NCBI GenBank assembly: GCA_965200155.1
Contig: CBDATR010000031.1
Location: forward strand, 1-63,340
Direction: 5' to 3'
Origin: Nitrosopumilaceae archaeon
GTDB lineage: Archaea; Thermoproteota; Nitrososphaeria; Nitrososphaerales; Nitrosopumilaceae
Length of the DNA stretch: 63,340 nucleotides
The notes beneath the pieces were generated by a model. The model was not told where the DNA came from. It saw only the letters and a program-made list of their open reading frames with translations, and did not search any database. The position numbers were made by a program, and so were the translations under genes. Below, piece by piece: positions 32,721 through 45,221 of this stretch (its first letter is position 1; each line of letters starts with the position of its first letter).

Positions 32721-32882
32721 TCAGAAAACGGTGACATCGCCAGGCGCGGGCTCGCGACCCTGCGGTACCTGCATGCTACCGTGCTGCTCCTTGATATGCT
32801 CTCTTAGAGCATCAAGATCAGCAAACATCTTGCCACACATGTAGCATCTTGGCCGGTCTTCATCTACTAGAGGCATGACCAT
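32721..32882 (-). CDS. small C2H2 zinc-finger protein
   Basis: CYMCGKMF...LREHIKEQH. Confidence 0.7.
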   Translation of the reverse strand: MVMPLVDEDRPRCYMCGKMFADLDALREHIKEQHGSMQVPQGREPAPGDVTVF

Positions 32883-33000
32883 GTTTGTGGTTGCCATGAT
32901 GGGGATTATAACATTATGGTGGACCATTGCGGTCATGGATAAGTTTGTGCATGCTCGATCCAATGTACTAATTGTTGCTGCAGCTGTGTCCTCTTGATTC

Positions 33001-33220
33001 GTATGAGTTCACGTGTTTTGATCATATGATAAGATTGTAATTGACTTGGTACGACAATATTGCGCTTAAACACCAAGTTTGAAATAGAATCTAATGAGTA
33101 GGCGTACAACACAATAATAAATGGGAGCAGGAAAACCGGCTGCTCCGGGACACCCTTGCGTCCACCAAGAGGAATCTTGCAGATGTGATGAAACGCGTGA
33201 AGGTATTGTAATGATATGGC
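33001..33220 (+). mobile_element. left end of a diverged IS66-A variant
   Basis: Same TIR, different subterminal sequence; near-identical to 50736-50852. Confidence 0.75.
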
Positions 33221-33312
33221 GTATGAGTTCACCTGTGTCTAAATTTACGCATAACTGATCGCGACAGTTAATGTGATTTGTGCACAAGATTCCGGAAGAC
33301 GTTAACTCATAC
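33221..33312 (-). mobile_element. MITE-A
   Basis: 92-bp copy. Confidence 0.95.
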
Positions 33313-34000
33313 AGTGGGGTTGCTCCAACAAAAAGTCATCCCCCATCCACATGAATTATGTATGAGTTCACCTGTGTCTAAATTTACGTATAACTGATCG
33401 CGACAGTTAATGTGATTTGTGCACAAGATTCCGGAAGACGTGAACTCATACTGAATTATGATTCAATGGAAGACGTGAAAAAATGGAGGCAAGAAATGTC
33501 AGAAAAGGTTGCACGTTACATAAAGATGGATTATGCCATTGTTACCCAGGATGAATCCCATTTCAAGACCGAGAGATTATCTGCGCGATTCTGGGCCCCT
33601 GCAGGCAGGCGCGTACTCATGGTATGAACCGGCAGGCGATACTGGTTCTCCATGGCCTGTACCATGATTAATGACGGTAGGGTATTCCTTGATGATTATA
33701 CGGTCATAGATACAGAGAATTTCCTGGATCACATGCATAACAAGGTGGGTAAGATGGTACTATTCGTGGACATGGCACACCTCAAGGAAGGCCAAGGAAT
33801 TCTTTGCTGATCGGGACATAATCGTAATAGAGTATCCGGTTGGACATCCATACCTGAATCCAGTCAAGGAATTCTGTAGCGTACTCAAGAGGGGGATGGA
33901 TCACTCCCTACGATATTCGGATATCAATTACCACAAGTAGGCAGTGTATGATTTCAAAGATGGCCATAAGCTCGATTATGATTTTAACAAATTCTGAAAC
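33313..34000 (+). pseudogene. IS630-family transposase remnant
   Basis: TQDESHF...WAPAG, LFVD, YPVGHPYLNPV motifs with stops. Confidence 0.7.
33360..33451 (-). mobile_element. MITE-A in the IS630 remnant
   Basis: TSD TGAATTAT. Confidence 0.95.
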
Positions 34001-34204
34001 AGAAAACCAGCTGATGGATTAATACTACCAATCATGGAATCAGTACGCAAGGGGGAACCCAGTGATCCAAAAACAGAAAAAACGGTTCAAAAAGTGCAGG
34101 CGGTGTGGAAAGCACATCCGTGTCGGCCGGTATAGTACAAAAGGTCAAACTAGGTTACCTACAAAGTAGTTGGTACACTATTTCATGCCACTCTGATCAG
34201 GGAA

Positions 34205-34410
34205 TAAGTGGTGGATTTTTGTGCGTGATCGTTCTGGAGGCCCATACATGTACACAGTCATTATACGCCACTAAACTCGTCATGAAGTATTCCATGTCCA
34301 TAAAGTATGGTAGGGTACATTACTTACATCTGCTGATTTAGCCTGTCTGCCATCCCTGTTGTGATATTTTATGGAAAATCACTGCCAAGACTTATGGTGA
34401 CTGCTATATG
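34205..34410 (+). repeat. dispersed repeat, inverted copy at ~43030-43227; probably a decayed element
   Basis: Clear similarity between the two loci; weaker match near 22280. Confidence 0.6.
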
Positions 34411-34605
34411 CTAGCATATCCTACATATTTGCACTGTGTTTATGTGTAGTTTGTTGAATAACTGAGCTTGCTCTAACTTAGGTCCCCCTGCCGCGATCTA
34501 GTTCTCCTAAACTATAGTGTGCTCCATAAGTCTATGACATGCAAGACGGGGATTGTGTGACGAATATAGGATATGTTGTCCAGAGACTTATGGTGGTCGC
34601 TATTT

Positions 34606-35763
34606 GTATGAGTTCACGTCTTCCGGAATCTTGTGTCAATAGTACGAAAAGTAAGTCCGCTTAGGATCCGGCGTACAGTAGTTCAGATTGCACAAACCAC
34701 GAAAGGCTATGGTAAAGAGAATAACAGAGGAATCAATAGTAAGGCAGCGCAAAAGAGGCGTTGCCGCCACCAAAATGTATGAGTTCACGTCTTCCGGAAT
34801 CTTATGCACAAATCACATTAACTGTCGCGATCAGTTATGCGTAAATTTAGACACAGGTGAACTCATACACCAAAATAGCTCAAGACCTGAAACAAGACAC
34901 GTACGAAGATTGTTAACCAGAGAACGGGAACGACTCGAGTAAATATGGGCAGGCCCATGATACCAATCACCGCCACCCAGATACGAATGGTAACTGAAGC
35001 ATAAAGCAAGGACCCCGCCGGAGTAGTACGTATTGCAAAGAGGCTTAGACAGAATTACAATATATCGCGCAGTATATCGCATAATGAAAAAGAATGGTAC
35101 GGCAGGCTCATCACCTGCAAAGTCAGAGTGGGTACGCTATGAGCGTAAATATTCCAATGCAATGTGGCACTGGCATGTCATGAAAGATGAGCGCTTCAGG
35201 GGACTGAATCTCATAGATGATGTATCCAGGTGTATAGTCGGAGTGGCACTATTCTAGCATGCAACCTCAGAGAACGCCGCTCTATTACTGAGACTGGCAA
35301 TGAAACGATTCGGTGCCCCTGCATCTAGGATAACGGCGCGTGTTTCGTAGGACAATAAAAGGGCAAGAAAAGCTGGAAACCCACACTATTCTAGGAAGAA
35401 CTGGATCAAGACATCATACTAATCAATTCCAGACCATACTACCCGCAGACAAATGGCAAACTGGAGCGCTTCCATGGAATGATTGAGGACGAGATATGGC
35501 ATTATGACAGTCTCCGGGATTATGTAGACTACTACAATGAGAGAAGGTTGCACTTCTCACTGGATATAGATAACGGCGAAACACCACTCCAAGAATAAAA
35601 AGGCGACCCAGACAATTAGAGCAAATGATACAAAATGGGTGGAGCGGGATGCCAATGACTAGCGGACCGACTTTTCATACATTACATTCCGGAATCTTGT
35701 GCACAAATCACATTAACTGTCGCGATCAGTTGTGTGTAAATTTAGACACAGGTGAACTCATAC
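34606..35763 (+). mobile_element. MITE-A split by an IS481 insertion
   Basis: Outer TSD CGCTATTT. Confidence 0.9.
34634..35686 (+). mobile_element. IS481-family element, degenerate, containing MITE-A 34777-34868
   Basis: 13-bp duplication TTCCGGAATCTTG; inner MITE TSD ACCAAAAT. Confidence 0.85.
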
Positions 35764-36343
35764 CGCTATTTAGCTTGATAAATCTACGTTTTACCTTCCG
35801 TTTGTAGTCAATCCATCCGCCGCGACTGTACGTTTCCAGTTCAGTAAATCATGATCCGGGTTTTATTACGATTGATGCAGGCAACCAGGCCATCACCGTT
35901 ATCTATGTCAATATCAAGATCTTGCATACGCTGGTATATCGTGGAATAGTACGTGGATTTGTATCAGTTCAGCATCCACATAAAAAGTCAGATAGTTGTC
36001 GGTATCTCATATTTGTTGTTGTGTACATCGACGGCAATCATTATCGAGGTGTCCGCGTATTGGAATGGTACACCCTCCTTGTTTTTGCTGGATAAACTGA
36101 TATCATCATCCCATGGGGGATCAGGCCCAAATGCATTCTCGCCTGATGTATTCGTTGTCTGTAGTTCTAATCAAATTTATTGTAATATTATAATATATTA
36201 ATACTTTAATCTAAGACCACAACTATGCAATGAGGGCGCACAAACTGTTTCTTAGGGGCATGACTTTTACGTAACCTGATTGAGTTATGCAGTAAACTAG
36301 TTCACATGCAAAGTCATTTAAGATACAATGTGTATCAATAAGT

Positions 36344-37105
36344 GTGCAATTAAAGGACAAGGTTTGTGTTGTGACAGGTGCGTCCAGTGACATAGGCGAG
36401 GGGATAGTCAAGCGTTTGGTGGAAGAGGGTGCAAAGGTAGTACTGATCTCACGCAATCACAAGGCAATGGAGGATGTACGCACTCGCGTGGGCGGTATGG
36501 AGAGAACTGTATCTATGGTATGTGATCTTACCGATGACTCCCAAGTATTACATGCAATAGATCGCATAGTTTCAGAGTATAGCAAAATAGATGTACTTGT
36601 GAATAATGCGGGTATGATTAATGAGCCAGTACACTTTCATACCATGTCACAATCAATAATAGATTCGCTTATCAATGTAAACATGCTAGGCACGTTCAAG
36701 ATTACAGGGGCAGTACTACGTAACATGTCAGAGATGCGGCAAGGTAGTATAGTAAACATAGGATCCGTATCATCAGAAAGAGCTACGCCCAAGGTACATT
36801 TAGCGGCCTACAGTTCAACCAAGGCAGCCATATCCATGTTTACAAAGTCCATAGCAGTGGAGTACGCCCGTCGTAACATCAGGTGTAATTGCATAAATCC
36901 TGGAATAATTAAATCGGGCGTGATAAAACCATACTTGAATGATCCTGCGGCAAGAAGTGTACTAGAGGAAAGGCTACCCATGGGTCGCATAGGCGAGCCA
37001 TCAGATGTCGCAAACGCAACATTGTTCTTTGCATCAGATGAATCTTCATGGATTACCGGAACCATCCTCAATGTAGATGGCGGACGATCAGCATCCGAGG
37101 GTTAG
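36344..37105 (+). CDS. SDR-family oxidoreductase (FabG-like)
   Basis: TGASSDIG, NNAG, YSSTK, NCINPG, VDGG. Confidence 0.92.
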   Translation: MQLKDKVCVVTGASSDIGEGIVKRLVEEGAKVVLISRNHKAMEDVRTRVGGMERTVSMVCDLTDDSQVLHAIDRIVSEYSKIDVLVNNAGMINEPVHFHTMSQSIIDSLINVNMLGTFKITGAVLRNMSEMRQGSIVNIGSVSSERATPKVHLAAYSSTKAAISMFTKSIAVEYARRNIRCNCINPGIIKSGVIKPYLNDPAARSVLEERLPMGRIGEPSDVANATLFFASDESSWITGTILNVDGGRSASEG

Positions 37106-37217
37106 GCATTCGCTTATCGTGTACAAATCATACCACTGTTGCTAGTAGCAGGGTATATCTTTAGAGATTGGTGAATTTATACAAGACTTGAAGTATGAGT
37201 TTATGTCTACATAGATT

Positions 37218-37526
37218 AGACATTATGCGCATGATTGACAGTAACAGCCCATGTTGCTTCAAACTGGGGTGTATTTTATGACACACAATCAGTCAAGCAT
37301 GAACAATGTGAGTGGCACCTGCCAGCACTAACGTATGCCATGATTGCAAATGTCGTATAGTGGGGTGACCGGATCTTGACGTATATCATGAGTGAGCTAA
37401 ATGGTAACCACAAAACCCATTAATTTAGTGGATTTTCTGATGAGTAATATTCGAATTATAATATCACGGAAATTATGGGTAGATATTTTTCAAAAATTTC
37501 TTGTACCTGTTATGCTTGTGCATAAT
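37218..37526 (-). mobile_element. IS5 right-end segment (~310 bp)
   Basis: Reverse complement of 57606-57917. Confidence 0.85.
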
Positions 37527-40500
37527 AGACCGTATGCGCAGAATCACTTCTCCCACCCTGCACCTCTAAACCAAGTTGTTAGATACGAACAATTGACCTA
37601 GTATCATGTATGAGTTCACGTGTTTTGATCACATAATAAGATAGAATGCATCCCAGTTTTTTTTAATTATAACTGCATTCTGGCAGCAACCTCGTTCATA
37701 ACAGAAAGGCCTTGAGCCCTCCATGTCTGAACACATGATACAAATGTAGACATGCGGCGCATTGCCCTTTCACCACCCTTTATCTGGCCACTAATCTTGC
37801 GGAATACCACTGCGTATCAGAACCGGTTCCACTGCTCCGCTGGATTGTTGGTGGGCTCTACACTGTCATATTCTAAGAATACGAACATGCCTGGTATGGC
37901 CTTATTCAATCCTTTTACCTTCTTTTGTAGTTCAGTATCATCAACATCACAGTACTGATGCATCTGCTCCTGTCTCAAATGAGTGTCGTAATTGCGCGGA
38001 CGGCCCGCAGTGATTCAGGGATTCCCGTGCGCTCCGGAACAATCCTTTCAGGTCGTTGTCAAGTTTGATCCGGGCGTCCTGAGCACCGGGATCAATATAG
38101 AATCCTGCATGTAATGCCTGGGTATCGCGCAATAAATGCGCCCAACACAACTGGTGCTTCCCACCGTCATCAAACCGGCGGTACACAACGTACCTGTCCG
38201 TTACTATCGCTCCCTGGTAACCGTTCAGGTATTTGTTCACTACATTTGAACTCCTACTTTTGTCATATATGGACATCATCCACTCTTCGGCTCGCATCCC
38301 CCATACCCAGCCACGCCTACCCGCCAGTGATATACCAGTTTCGTCCACATGAATGCTGGGTGATTTTATTATATTTTCATGAATTGTTTCCATAAATGAT
38401 TCACATGCATCGGCGGCCCTGGCAATTATGTTGTTTACCGCACCCACAGATATATTCAGGCCGAAGAGATCCTTCGAAATTACAGGTATGCGTTTTATTG
38501 GAATCTTTTCTGCGCGTAATGCAGTGATGGCACCGCATAATTGAACCCCAAAACTACCACTCTTTGGGACGCCAGCTGCTGGGGCCAGTTGTTTTTTGCC
38601 GCACTTGCATGCAGCCATTTCTATCACATGAAGGGTCTCCTCTATTTTGGCGGGTATTAATTCCGTTATGTGTCGTTGTTTCCAACCAATTTTTGTCATT
38701 ATATTGCCGCACTCACATATTGGAGCACACTCAAAGGTGTGGCGCATTACTCTGTCGGGGTTGTGGGAACGGGAAACCCCCTTGTGTCCCTTTTGCGCGC
38801 CAGCCTTTTTGGCTGATTTCGTACTGGCTTCTGTCTGTTGCTTATTATCTCCCTGTTTTCGCTTCTGCTCCTCCTGTTTTCGCTTCTTGTACTGGAGGGA
38901 TTGAAGGGATGGTGGCGAGTGAGCATTCTCATAATATCTAAGTCGCGTTGTGAGTACCGCAATTTTCCTGTCTTTTTCTACTAATTCCTCTTTTAATTCA
39001 CTTACATAATTTCTAATAATTTGGAAATCTTGTATATGATTTCGTATTTCTTTTATGGTGTGTGACATATATGCTTCCAATACTCTCACACGTTCCTTGT
39101 AATGTGCAAGATCTTTCTTGTAATCCTCAATATCTTTCTTGATAGACGCAAGGGTATCCTGAAGAAGTTTATTTTCCAGTTCCAATTCCTTATAGGACCG
39201 GCGTCTTCTCATTAGATTCTTATTGCAAATTTGGTATTTAAGTAAAATATTGCCATACCAATCTATATCTTAGTGAATGATCAAAACACGTGAACTCATA
39301 CCCCCCTTGTGTCCCTTTTGCGCGCCAGCCTTTTTGGCTGATTTCGTACTGGCTTCTGTCTGTTGCTTATTATCTCCCTGTTTTCGCTTCTGCTCCTCCT
39401 GTTTTCGCTTCTTGTACTGGAGGGATTGAAGGGATGGTGGCGAGTGAGCATTCTCATAATATCTAAGTCGCGTTGTGAGTACCGCAATTTTCCCCTGTTT
39501 TTCTTTTAGTTTCTCATTCAATTCATTTACATAATACCTAATAATTTGGAAATCTTGTGTGAGATTTCGTATTTCTTTTGTGGTGTGTGACGTATGTGCT
39601 TCCAATACTCTCACACGTTCCTTGTAATGTGCAAGATCTTTCTCGGTAGACGCAAGGGTATCCTGAAGAAGTTTATTTTCCAGTTCCAATTCCTTATAGG
39701 ACCGGCGTCTTCTCATTAGATTCTTATTGCAAATTTGGTATTTAAGTAAAATATTGTCATACCAATCTATATCTTAGTGAATGATCAAAACACGTGAACT
39801 CATACAGTATCATGGGTTTTCCCACACAGACTCGTGTAAAACAGAAAAGTTAAGGTATGAGTTCACGTCTTCCGGAATCTTGTGCACAAATCACATTAAC
39901 TGTCGCGATCAGTTGTGCGTAAATTTAGACACAGGTGAACTCATACAGATAAAGACTGACGGGACACATGTACGCGTACAACGTCCTGAAAAAAATCAGG
40001 AGGCAATGTACTCTGGTAAACAAAAAACCCACACGTATAACGTACAGATAACATCAAACAAGAAAAGACTGATAATTCACGTAAGTGGAGTATATGAGGG
40101 AAAAAGACACGATTATGGCATATTCAAGAATGATATTCCCCTTGGCGGCAAATGGGACAAGTCCCTAAAAGAATCAACCACGCCACCATCTGATAAGATA
40201 ACAGTAATAGCAGATGCAGGATACCAGGGTATGAAAGACTTCCTACCCGGCGCAAAGGTCATGATTCCATACAGGGGTAGGGAATCACTCACTAAAACTG
40301 AAAGGAAATACAACCAATATGTATCAAAAAGGCGCATATTAATCGAGAATGTAATTCGAATGCTAAAGGTATATCGTAGATTAAGTCAGGTATATGATGG
40401 TAGTCGTGAGGAATTCCGGGAAGATCTCGTAGTATCTGGGTTGCATAATTTACACATTATGCACAAGCATACCAGGTACAAGAAATTCTTGAAAAATATC

Positions 40501-40767
40501 TGTCCATAATTTCCGTGTTATTATAATTCGAATATTACTCATCAGAAAATCCACTAAATTAATGGGTTTTGTGGTAACCATTTAGCTCACTCATGATATA
40601 CGTCATCAAGATCCGGTCACCCCACTACATGACATTTGCAATCACGGCATACGTTAGTGCTGGCAGGTGCCATTAACATTGTTCATGCTTGACTGATTGT
40701 GTGCCATAAAATACACCCCAGTTTGAAGCAACATGGGCTATTCCTGTCAATCATGCGCATAAGGTCT
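37527..40767 (+). mobile_element. IS5 copy interrupted by IS66-A (37608-39805) and deleted at MITE-A 39855-39946
   Basis: Both TIRs present; TSD AGTATCAT around the IS66 block. Confidence 0.85.
37608..39301 (-). mobile_element. full-length IS66-A (1694 bp), ISBst12-type without accessory orfs; 421-aa ORF 37947..39212 plus C-terminal ORF
   Basis: Both TIRs; coiled coil, SPPS, Cys motifs, HVDETG, VTDRY, HQLCWAH; partial second copy 39302-39805. Confidence 0.92.
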
Positions 40768-41120
40768 ATTATAATTCGGATATTACTCATCAGAAAATCC
40801 ACTAAATTAATGTATGAGTTCACGTCTTCCGGAATCTTGTACACAAATCACATTAACTGTCGCGATCAGTTATGCGTAAATTTAGACATAGGTGAACTCA
40901 TACAAATTAATGGGTTTTGTGGTAACCATTTAGCTTACTCATGATATACGTCACCAAGATCCGGTCGCCACACTACACGATATTTGCAATCACGGCATAC
41001 GTTAGTGCTGGCAGATGCCATTAACATTGGTTTGTTCATGCTTGACGGATTGTGTGCCATAAAATACACCCCAGTTTGAAGCAACCTAGGCTGTTACTGT
41101 CAATCATGCGCATAAGGTCT
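40768..41120 (+). mobile_element. IS5 right-end segment carrying MITE-A 40812-40903
   Basis: TIR at 41120; MITE TSD AAATTAAT. Confidence 0.85.
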
Positions 41121-41660
41121 ATTGGCCCTAGTCAGCTTTTTGTCTGTGCCCACAATCATGCCATTCCCCTTGTCTATGCCAATCTCTTCCGCGTCTGTAT
41201 ATTGTGGAGTAGTGCGGGGTTTGGTGCCCTTCCAGTAGTCCTGCAAGGAATCCGGATACCTGCCTGTATCTCATACTTAATGCCGTTCTCAGTGTCATCT
41301 AACATGTCCACGGTATACTGGTAGGGAGCACCCTCCTTGTTATGGTTGGCCTTTTCAATCCCACGCATGGTTGAAGCCAAATAGCCTCCCGCTGGACGTA
41401 CTTGGCATTGTCGGTGAATACCATCAAGTTTGTTTAAAAAATCTCAGATGTAATACTTGGATCCAAGTTAGTAATCACTACGACAGAATAAGTATGAGTT
41501 CACGTCTTCCGGAATCTTATACACAAATCACATTAACTGTCGCGATCAGTTATGCGTAAATTTAGACACAGGTGAACTCATACCAGAATAAACGAGAATA
41601 CTCAAACCGTTTCTCACATACATTTTTAATCTAACTTGTTTGGAGTTATGCAACTAACTA
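41121..41660 (-). mobile_element. IS903-like IS5 5' remnant with MITE-A 41492-41583
   Basis: NKEGAPYQY and PHYSTIYRR fragments; TIR-like TAGTTAGTTGCATAACTC; MITE TSD CAGAATAA. Confidence 0.6.
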
Positions 41661-41759
41661 GTGTAATCTAAGTGGATATAAACTCGTACAATTCTACAAC
41701 ACATGCTGCTAATACTTGAATTTTAAATTCGCGTATAAAATAAAAACACGCATGTAATG

Positions 41760-42350
41760 CTAGAACACAATATAGTCTAACGCCACAGCGTCGCTTATTA
41801 GTGATGTGTGCCTTGCTCCTATTACGTAACCGTTTTTTATGTCAGAGGTAGGGACCCATCTATTCGTAGAGGTATAGTGGCGTTTCTCTGCTAACTCCCG
41901 CTCAATGGATTCTATATCAAACTCGGCTTCTTCTACTTCTTGGGTAGCTATATGCCGTATTGTTACCAGTATCTTGGTTATCTTTATACGATCACCAAAC
42001 CTCCATTGAACGGGAGGGTGTTCGTCTGAGACTTCAAGTACCTTGATCTTCATTTGTTTGGTACCTAGAGCATCACTACTAATCAACAACCTCTCGTCAA
42101 CAAACTCCTCAAAGCTGGTTCGATGGCGTGCTGATCCTGTGCTGGATACTGTTTCTAGAATGCTTTGCACGTCGTTACGGGGTGTATCTTCAATTATATC
42201 TGGCTCCTCGTAAACTTTGTCCTCTATAGGTTCATCCTCTTGCGCGGCGTCTTCTTCCTCTACTACGTCTGGATCTTGCGGAATGTCATCATCTTTTTTA
42301 TTTCTGATTTTTTCCCATATACCCATACCAAAATATAGTCTGTGCGACAT
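41760..42350 (-). CDS. hypothetical protein with acidic N-terminus
   Basis: Open 196-aa ORF; start may be MGIWEK. Confidence 0.7.
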   Translation of the reverse strand: MSHRLYFGMGIWEKIRNKKDDDIPQDPDVVEEEDAAQEDEPIEDKVYEEPDIIEDTPRNDVQSILETVSSTGSARHRTSFEEFVDERLLISSDALGTKQMKIKVLEVSDEHPPVQWRFGDRIKITKILVTIRHIATQEVEEAEFDIESIERELAEKRHYTSTNRWVPTSDIKNGYVIGARHTSLISDAVALDYIVF

Positions 42351-42371
42351 AAAAATATAGCCACTCCAGTC

Positions 42372-42714
42372 GTAACCGTTTAGGTAGCGTAAAGTATGAG
42401 TTCACGTCTTCCGGAATCTTATGCACAAATCACATTAACTGTCGCGATCAGTTATGCGTAAATTTAGACACAGGTGAACTCATACAGCGTAAAAGCTCAG
42501 ACATCGTATGAGTTCACGTCTTCCGGAATCTTATGCACAAATCACATTAACTGTCGCGATCAGTTATGCGTAAATTTAGACACAGGTGAACTCATACCAG
42601 ACATCTAGACGATAAATACATGATCATATGTGAGGTATTATGATGGAAATGGCGATAATGTATATGCTCATGGTGTTTTTTAAACGGTTGTCCATGGGTA
42701 ACCTAATCGATTAC
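42372..42714 (+). mobile_element. MITE-B carrying two MITE-A insertions (42394-42485, 42506-42597)
   Basis: TSDs AGCGTAAA and CAGACATC. Confidence 0.9.
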
Positions 42715-43227
42715 GTGTACACTTTACGTCGTCTATATATTGTGTAGACCAACATACTGCTAGCCATTACTGCAAGTGTTATGGCACTCCATACTGCTAG
42801 TGATACGATGTCGACTTCGGCCACAATACATCAGTACAATACGTAGATTTTGTATTTTTCGCCTGACTGTGCTGTACACTAGAGTCCGCAAAATAATTCT
42901 CGTGTGCTCCTGTCTTACATCATTGTTCCTTTGGTGTATTGATCCGGCATACCATTGGTATCTTGGATCATTCTCGCCATGGTATGTATGGCTTAATTAC
43001 CGCGACCTTTTTAGCGAATTCTGCATCTCTATAGCTGTCACCATAAGTCTTGGCGGTGTTTTTCCATAAAATATCCCAACCGGGATGGCAGACAGGCTGA
43101 ATCAGCAGATGCAAGTAATGTACCCTACCATACTTTATGGACATGCAATACTTCATGATGAGTTTAGCGGCGTATAATGACTGTGCATATGTATGGGTCT
43201 CCAGAACGATCACGCACAAAAATCCAC

Positions 43228-43898
43228 GTATGAGTTCACGTGTTTTGATCATTCACTAAGATATAGGTAGGAGTTCATATGTAGTGGACAAATACCTGAA
43301 CGGTTACCAGGGCGCGATAGTCACAGACAGGTACGTTGTGTATCGCCGGTTTGATGACGGTGGGAAGCACCAGTTGTGTTGGGCGCATCTATTGCGCGAT
43401 ACCAGTATATTACATGCAGGATTCTATATTGATCCCGGTGATCAGGACGCCCGGATCAAACTTGACAACGATTTGAAAGAATTGTTCCGGAGCGCACGTG
43501 AATCGCTGCGGGCCGTCCGCGCAATTACGACACTCATTTGAGACAGGAGCAGATGCATCAGTATTGTGATGTTGATGATACTGAACTGCAAAAGAAGGTA
43601 AAAGGATTGAATAAGGCCATACCAGGCATGTTCGTATTCTTAGAATATGACAGTGTGGAGCCCACCAACAATCCAGCGGAGCAGTGTAACCGGTTCTGAT
43701 ACGCAGTGGTATTCCGTAAGATTAGTGGTCAGATAAAGGGTGGTGAAAGTGCCATGCGCCGCATGTCCATATGTGTTCAGACATGGAGGGCTCAGGGCCT
43801 TTCTGTAATGAACGAGGTTGCTGCCAGAATGCAATTATAATTAAAAAAACTGGGATGCATTCTATCTTATTATGTGATCAAAACACGTGAACTCATAC
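43228..43898 (+). mobile_element. internally deleted IS66-A (671 bp, both TIRs)
   Basis: Left ~38 bp fused to the 3' part of tnpC. Confidence 0.88.
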
Positions 43899-44019
43899 CA
43901 TAAACAAGTCTTCGATTCATCATGTCAAAAAAAACAGTATCAATCTCCACAAGTTATGGATTCGAATCAAACATCCGAAGAGCAAGTGGATAAACCAAAA
44001 ACTGTATTCTTGGACAAGT

Positions 44020-44111
44020 GTATGAGTTCACGTCTTCCGGAATCTTATACACAAATCACATTAACTGTCGCGATCAGTTATGCGTAAATTTAGACACAGG
44101 TGAACTCATAC
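44020..44111 (+). mobile_element. MITE-A
   Basis: 92-bp copy, no TSD. Confidence 0.95.
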
Positions 44112-44259
44112 CATCCATCGTGTATTTATCTATAAGTTCATGTCTTCCACAATCATATAACTAGATATCGCGGTCCATCATGCATGAATTTAGGTATAGT
44201 TTAGCGTCGACATGGATTTTGTCATTACACTATAATAGTAGACAACATTTCAAGTTATA

Positions 44260-45213
44260 ATGGGTGCCTCATACGGCCTCGGTTCTCTCCTTAGTATAGA
44301 CGACCTTATTTGGTGCGCATCTTCGCTTTCATCAGAGGACTCAGTTTGGATTCCCGAGACATGGGGCATGGAGGGCTTTGCAGTACTGGCAGCTGTATCA
44401 CAGCGTAGCAGATGCCACACCATAGGCTCATCCATACTTAACGTGTATTCCAGGAGCCCTGCCGTATTGGCCATGGGAACGGCGACACTAGATACCTTAT
44501 CTGGTGGTCGATTCATACTGGGCCTAGGTGCCAGTAGTCCAGCTATTGTTACAGGCTTACATGGCTCCAAGTATGTTCAGCCCGTACAACGTGTACGGGA
44601 GCACGTCCAGATAATACGGCAATATTTGAGTGGAGATAGGATAGACTATGACGGCGACATATATCAGCTGCAGGGATTTTCCCTTATGGTGAAGCCTCCC
44701 CGTATACGAGTTCCGATATACTTAGCAGCGGTTAATCAGCGCATGGTGGATCTAACTTGGGAGATTGCAGATGGCATAATATTCTATCTAAGACCAATAG
44801 CAGAAATGGCCCATATAATAAAGACTATGCAACAAGGCCGTCACATACATGTGGCATGCCAAATCATAACAGCAATATCCGAGGATGCAGAAATGGCATA
44901 TCAACGCGCTCGACGTACACTCGCTTTTTACATATCAGTAGGCCAAGTATATCGTGAGTTTCTTGCCAGTAATGGATACAAAGACCAAACCGAACGAATA
45001 TTTGACGAATACAAGACGTTTGGTCTTAGAAATGTTGCCAAACTTGTGCCCGATGACATGTTACATGCGCTTACCGCATGTGGCACTCCCTCAGAGTGTA
45101 AGGCCACACTAGACGCTTTTCGAAAGGCGGGAGTTGATGAACCCATTTTGCAATTCAACCCTACGGGAGACATACACGACTCATTTAGGTTACTAACGGC
45201 GATGTGTAACTGA
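44260..45213 (+). CDS. LLM-class (F420/flavin-dependent) oxidoreductase
   Basis: WIPETWG, RSPAVLAM, LSGGRFILGLG, IYLAA. Confidence 0.9.
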   Translation: MGASYGLGSLLSIDDLIWCASSLSSEDSVWIPETWGMEGFAVLAAVSQRSRCHTIGSSILNVYSRSPAVLAMGTATLDTLSGGRFILGLGASSPAIVTGLHGSKYVQPVQRVREHVQIIRQYLSGDRIDYDGDIYQLQGFSLMVKPPRIRVPIYLAAVNQRMVDLTWEIADGIIFYLRPIAEMAHIIKTMQQGRHIHVACQIITAISEDAEMAYQRARRTLAFYISVGQVYREFLASNGYKDQTERIFDEYKTFGLRNVAKLVPDDMLHALTACGTPSECKATLDAFRKAGVDEPILQFNPTGDIHDSFRLLTAMCN

Positions 45214-45221
45214 GAGTCGCA

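Larger units (their letters stand above)
34447..36299 (-). mobile_element. IS903-like IS5 remnant hosting nested MITE-A > IS481 > MITE-A
   Basis: TIR TAGTTTGTTGAATAACT resembles the IS903 IR; NKEGVPFQY and YSTIYQR fragments. Confidence 0.6.

Noticed and set aside
39781-40509. Novel fusion transposase
   Set aside because: Chance in-frame join of an IS66 end, an IS5 leader, MITE-A and a deleted IS5
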